A stretch of 64,000 nucleotides of DNA from Paragordius varius (Eukaryota > Animalia > Nematomorpha). Positions 57,601 to 64,000 of this stretch are shown in pieces. The translations under genes and the position numbers were made by a program. The stretch is from positions 11,718,001-11,782,000 of the forward strand of contig OZ176050.1 of the NCBI GenBank assembly GCA_964247055.1, written 5' to 3'. Positions within the stretch are counted from its first letter, which is position 1, and each line of letters begins with the position of its first letter. Below the pieces are notes generated by a model, which worked only from the letters and a program-made list of their open reading frames with translations, had not been told where the DNA came from and searched no databases.

Positions 57601-60600
57601 TTGTTAGTGATGTGTCAAGTCCTTAAATTTTTACTTATTATCACATAATAATTTATTGTTTATCTACATTTTATATCTTTTCCTACATTGATATTGTAAT
57701 AAACTCTAGATGGATTTGGCTGGAGCTGTTACCGGAATTAAGATCCCAATGGTTACATGTTTGCATAAGCCATCTGCAAAACCAGATATTTTCATCTACC
57801 TCAATTATACCAAATCCCTCGAATAAAAATCAAATCTTTTCTTTTGACAAAATATCTTCAGAAAGTAAAATCTTGGCCACACCACAAAATCTTTCTAGTA
57901 AGGATTCAGTTATCTGTCCATATATACCAGCTTCATTATTTGCTGTATTGGACGAAACAAAATCTACTGACCATTCAATTATGAATAGCGATATAAATTT
58001 TTCATGTGTTGAAACATTTTTGCAAAAACGACAGCATATCCATAAGTAAATATATATTTTTCAAGGCCCATTATTTAAAAAATTTTAGTCTTTTATCATT
58101 ATTTATAATTTTTTGTTTTTATAATTAAACCTAATAATTAATATTTTTATAGCCTCAATTTTCACATAAACGGTGATAATCTTTTGCCCAACACCATTAA
58201 TCCTACTAATCACAAAATTCTGAAACAATACCCAAAATTGCCCAAAATATTTGAATTAATTAATGACCAAAATCCTGGTATCATTTTATGCGTTGATTGT
58301 GATCCAGATACATATGATGATTTTATTCAAATGGTTGAGGTATGGCTAATTATATTTAAAAATTTACATTATATATTAATTTTTTAATGATTTTAATTAA
58401 ATTATTTTCATAACATAATTTAGATCATGTATCCTGAATTTAAATACTATTGGTTGAATGATAATAAATCATATGCCCCATACACTTTACATTGCATCAA
58501 CATTTTATCCAAAGATTATTTCAATAAACATGACAGTGTCATCAAAAACGATGAATTATTGCATTATTTGTATGTCCAGGCTTTGAGGAAGAATAACCAT
58601 TCAGTATATTTGGGTAATTTTTTGAGTTTCGTTTAAATTTTGTTATCATTAAATTTTAGGATTGCCATAAAATTTTTAAGTTATTAGAACGGAATGATAA
58701 ATTTTTTAACTTTGGTATATTTTTTAAACACCTTTATTTTTTTTAAGAATGAAACATAAGATCTCTGTTTTAATATAATGGAACTTGTAGTATATTAAAT
58801 CACCGTTAGTTTTTTAATGAATTTTTTTGTGCATAATAAAATATTTATTATTCAGTTACTTATAATTTAATTATAAAGGATACATCACTGTCACGCACAA
58901 CGAAACTTCAACCCCAAAACCCCAAACAAAAATATCTCATTCCAATGATTTAGGCAAAATTAATACTAGCAATCATAATTATGATATTAACGGCCAAGCC
59001 GATTACGGTCAAAAGATTCGAATGAAAATTCGACATGATAATTCAAATTCCGAAAATCAAAATTTTTCATCAAATATGCCTGAGCAAACCAATGAATATA
59101 GCAATTGCAAAAATGATATACCTCATTATATGTGCACGCTTCTGGATCCCAAACAACCATGTGATACCATTTTCTTTTGGGCAACAAATGCGATTGGGTA
59201 CGATATATGACTTATATTGATTTTTACTTACTTACTTTAGAAAATTTATAAATTGAAAAACATCTAATAATTAATTTATTACTTGATTTTTTATAACTTT
59301 AATTTCCATTTGTAAGCGGTCAGTCCTTTAGTTTTTGGTGGTCAAAAACTTAAACATATTGACATATATATATATATATATATATATTATTTGTTTTTTC
59401 ATTAGTCCTTTTATCCATAGACTTAATATTATGTTTTGATGGATTTTTTGTTAAAATAGTTGTCATGCAAAAACCAAAAATTTACATTTTATAATATTTA
59501 TATGTTACAGAACTGATTTCGATAAATCTGAAGAAAATACCTTCATATATAATGCCCGTTTAAATTTTAATTCCATGTTGGAATCCTTAATTACCGAATG
59601 GAATATATATTCCGGATTAGTAAAGATGCAACATAATATTAAATGCCATAATAATTTACATTACAGCAATAATGATAATCATATTCATAATGCTGTAATA
59701 AATAGGGAAGATGATATAAATCAAGAGAGATTAGTTTTGACATTTCCATGGATACGGTATTTTATTTTTTCCCACAGGTGTTTTCTATAAACCCTTATGT
59801 AGAGAGATAAAATAATATTATTTGAAATACTTATTATTGAATTAGCCAATATTCACATGTAAAAGTAAAAGTCAATTATTATTAAATTTTGTTTTAACCT
59901 TTGTGCATTGAAATATGTAATTTTTTCCTCGTTAGTTTCCAAAGCTTTCACGGGTGTATTATTGTGGCAATTTGAATCCTTACTATATTATATTTAAACA
60001 TTATTCATATATATGATAAGTTATTTTTGTCATCGCTCCCTTTTAGTTTCCACATATATCTTCCTTGTTTATCAACACCCATTACTCCTCATATTGAAAT
60101 GGTGAGCAATGAATTATCCACATCATTTATTTGTCAACTATATTCTTTCATGATGCAAAAACCTAAACTCACAAATTCTGCCACACTATCAAGCGTGGTC
60201 CACTTTATTAAATTTGTGCCAAAATCAGGACATAACAACCCTTATGCGTTATACGTTATTAATCGGATTAAAAATGAAATGAATTTAAACTCACAGACAA
60301 AGAAAATGGAAAATAAATCAGAACATCAATTAGTGTTAGTCGAGTTTTATATAAAATCTTATCATCATCGTTTATTAAATAATGGTGAGATTATTGACAA
60401 TATTTTCTCCTCCAAAGAAAAAACGAGTTTGGTTGATTTTTGGAAAAATGAGATTGCAGAACTCAAATTACAGAGGTATATCTTTTAATACTTTTTTCTT
60501 ACTTCAACCATATATATTATCAGTAATATTTTTTAGTCATTATATATTAAAAATTACTTATGCTCCAATTTTTTGTTCAATTTTCTATCGTAAAATTTCG

Positions 60601-63600
60601 CAATCATAATTTGTAGGTAATTATTTTCATAGCTTCGGCGGCATCAATGAGTTTATATTACTTTCTCTTAAATATACATCAAGTTATGTTCTTTTCAACA
60701 TACTTTGTGTCATGCGCTTAAATTTTATCCAATATTTTACATTATGATTGATTTTTTTCAAATATTTTAGGTAAATTATGACATTAAAAAATAATTTTCA
60801 CTATGCATAAACAATAAAGATTGTTTAATTAGTGAATATTTTGTTTGCGTCGAAATTGTCGCTTTTTTAATTGAGATTGGATGGTTCTTGATATGTTTTA
60901 TTTGATATGAATTGTTTTATTTTTCATAGACTATATATACATTTTGATCTTAAAACCATATAACCGCGTTTTTAATTAAATTCTAGCTTGTTATTCATGT
61001 TTTAAGATATGGCTATGAACTGATAATCTTGAAGTTATTAAAAATTTGCTATTTTATATTTTATACATGCATATGGTTTGAACTTACCATATTTATATTT
61101 AATCGTTGAAACGTTTTTTCTCTTATTTCAAATGTTTCATTTTTTGGTTGATTCCGGTTTTTAGTATATTTCCCAAATTTGCCAAAAATTAGGGGTTTTA
61201 TATTTTTTATATACACGATATTAAGTCAATACTCATTTATAAAATATGTTAAAAAATTAATTTATCATCTTGATTTTTTTTATTATTTTGTTCTATACAG
61301 ACCAACTGCACGAAATTTTGATGTAATTAATGCCCACATTCTGGCATACGATCCATGCACGCCTTATTCACTGTCACTTATTAAGTAACTTGCTTTTTTA
61401 AAACTTTTCTATATTTTTGTGATATATTTTTCGATTTTGAGCTAATAAACTTATATTTTACCCCTTTTAAGATTTATCCTTCAACATGGGCACCAGAGTG
61501 AACATATTTTAGCCAATTATTATATTTCACTTATGGCATTGCACGAATATCGCGATAAAAATAGCTCTAAACATAATATCAATAGTGTTCATAATGACAA
61601 ATTCGATTTTACCGATGGTTTATGCTTCTCTAAATCCTCTATGTACCAAATCACGCAAGATAACTATAAAGCAAAAGACCACCAAAATTTTGACACTAAA
61701 TTTGTAAATAATGGTAAATATTGCGAAAAAGCACAAAAAATGAGCAATGGAAAAGATATAATATTAGCTCCTTTAAATCATCATAAATCAACGACTAAAA
61801 CAACCCTTGGTCATAATAAAATAGCCTCTGAAAATAATTTGCAGGATGAATCAGGCCGCGCATTATCCATTCAATACGATTGCCATTTTATGAAACAACG
61901 ATCATTTTTAGAAAATTTGGGTTAATCTCTATTATATTACGGAATTAATTACCTAATTAACTTAACTTTTAGTTTAGTTTTTTTAATATAAAACTAGAGT
62001 GTGTTTTGCAGTTTTAAATTAAGCTAATGTTTGAGGTTTAAAAATTATTTATTTAGATTATTGAATTCAAATATTGGTAAGATATTGAAATGATCGTCGA
62101 AATTATATATTACATATTCCTGATTTCTATTTATAGATACATTAATTTATGAAATTTACCAACAAAATTTTGGCGGAAAATCTCCACATCACAATCAAAT
62201 CTCATCTTGCACCACTTATCAACCCGCAAAAGATTCATCTCTAGGTTACAAAATTAATTCTCACTCAACTCTCATGAATGGAACAGTAATGATGGATTAT
62301 ACAAAAGATGGTATACGTAAATAATTAGTTTTATGGCGTGAAAATTTTATATTTTACACCTTTTCATGCTAGTAACTTAAACTATAATTGGAAACCACTG
62401 GCTTAAATTATGTAATATTATACTATTAATATCCAAAGTTGGGATATATAATTGTAATTTATATCATAAATTAAAAATAGCTGACTTTCTATTGATGGGG
62501 TTTTATTGCTTCTTTACAAACAAACCCTAAACCTATTTAAATTTGATCATCCAAAATAATCTTAAAAACAAAAATAAATAGAAGCGTTGTTGGCCAATCA
62601 TTCGAATGCCAGTAATAATGTAGCGAGCAGTGGGATAGTGCGTGAAAAAATTAAAGCATTTGGATATTCCGCTTCGCATGAACCTCTTTCAGAACTCACC
62701 GTATCTCCCAAAATGGGTCAAAAAATTAAAACGGTCAAAACTTATTTCGAAACTGAGGATATTAAACCTAATAACAATGATACAAAACAAAAACAATCGC
62801 AACAAATTAAACGGGTAAAATCGCTAATAATTTTTTGCAAAATAATATTTTGAAATTATTTTTTTTAACATTAGGAACGATTCGGTTCGAAGCGAATCCC
62901 CAAAGCATCCTCCATTGCTAAACCAAATGATCCTAGTCACTTGATTATTCATGTAAGTTTATGTACAAAATTGAATATTTTACTACTTTTTAAAATTCAG
63001 AATTTTGAATGTTTGTGTAACAAACTTTAATTTATAACTTTTATTCAAATATTTTTTCATTGCTATTTTTTATCCAATAGAAATAGTAGATAATAATATG
63101 ATATTATGCAACTATATAGGGTAAAATGTCCATATTTTTTTTATATGGATAAGCTTGAAATTTTTTTATTTTCCCATTTTCATACATTTAACCATCTTCT
63201 TAATATCATTTCTACATGTGATTTTTTAAATCCAAAATTTTAACGTTTATATTTTAAAAATCGCATATTAAAAGTTATTTATGCATAATTTTTATGAAAA
63301 TTTAGGGTAAAGAAACTCAAATGCTCAATATCCCCCCAATTTCTGGTCATCGTTCTCATATTGCCAAAAGTAATTTTCATATATGCTTATAATGCGAATT
63401 TTATAAAATTCTTAAGTATATGCCCAAAATTAATGTTTTTATTCTAGAAAAAAATTGTGAATTCCCACAATTACCCGATCTCATTAGTCAATTGCACGTT
63501 AGGGATGAATTGACATCGCCATCTAGCATAGTTAATGACAAAATGTTTGTTTCCAAAATTGAATTATTGGAGAAAAGTATATTTAAAAAAACAATAAAAA

Positions 63601-64000
63601 TAAATTTCTTTACCTTTGTTTCTGATAATTAATAAACATTAATTATAGAAATTTAAGAGATAAAATAGCTAATTTATATAAATAAATATTTCCTTGATTT
63701 TCTTATCAGTCTCAAATGATTACAATTGTGAATTAGAATATCGAGTGTTTAATTTCATCTCTATTTTTATTCGGCCCCCAAAACGATAGCTTATATTTAA
63801 AATATAAAGGTTTATATTTTTATCTTTAAATATTATTTTTTTGTCTTTATTTATTTAATTCAGACAAGTTGAGCGGAAAACTCACCCAAAAAACTGTTAA
63901 TACAGCTCACAAACACGATTTACCAAAGGTGATTATGTTTAGGATAAAATATTTTTTTTATTTTAGATTAAATTTTAATTTTGACTGATTTAAAAAGTAG
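51637..64000 (+). CDS. ARHGAP35: p190 RhoGAP family (ARHGAP35/ARHGAP5-like); 3' end, including the expected RhoGAP domain, lies beyond the window
   Basis: The N-terminal GTPase domain is unmistakable: GGTGKSWLCRRF, SDFSGRVINNDHFIFWG, KL.SKQKLTYISRDQLGLE, DGYMICYDVS, TKID, ATSA. Phase-checked exons 51637-52147, 52237-53016, 54316-55996, 56187-56678, 56754-57165, 57373-57446 and one starting at 57710; further compatible exons continue to about 63930, with downstream boundaries less certain. Confidence 0.88.

Noticed and set aside
59757-59777. Apparent 21-nt GT...CAG micro-intron in p190
   Set aside because: Splicing it leads to a stop four codons later. The donor more plausibly pairs with the acceptor at 59934-59935.
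63930-63943. Apparent 14-nt GT...AG intron near the window end
   Set aside because: Too short to be credible and not testable without downstream sequence.

Overview
Very AT-rich, intron-containing animal (invertebrate-type) genomic DNA with GT-AG introns and the standard code; I cannot name the species. Four conserved genes could be spliced in frame by hand: NDUFAF1/CIA30 (27099-29275 +), a group II PAK kinase (36763-29908 -), SNAP29 (41032-42459 +) and a p190 RhoGAP (from 51637 +, running off the window). Three genes I do not recognise are also present: a tandem pair of putatively secreted glycoprotein paralogs (A, at least 864-4594; B, 10656-22678) and a 188-aa signal-peptide protein (45248-46305). 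Mobile DNA includes a young full-length Ty3/Gypsy LTR element (15569-20233, 5-bp TSD) in the last intron of paralog B, a decayed Mos1-like mariner, a perfectly palindromic Penelope-like insertion with a 12-bp TSD and a hammerhead-ribozyme-like motif, six or seven piggyBac-type MITEs, a Helentron-like element and several other MITE/foldback families. The most striking observations are: (1) a 24-nt intron needed to rebuild SNAP29, plus a 26-nt intron needed in paralog B; (2) the Penelope palindrome with its variant hammerhead; (3) the paralog pair, about 90% identical in the 3' half but barely alignable in the 5' half; (4) a frameshift at the start of gag and a mutated PBS in an otherwise intact retrotransposon. 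All gene models are manual, and family assignments come from recalled motifs, not database searches.
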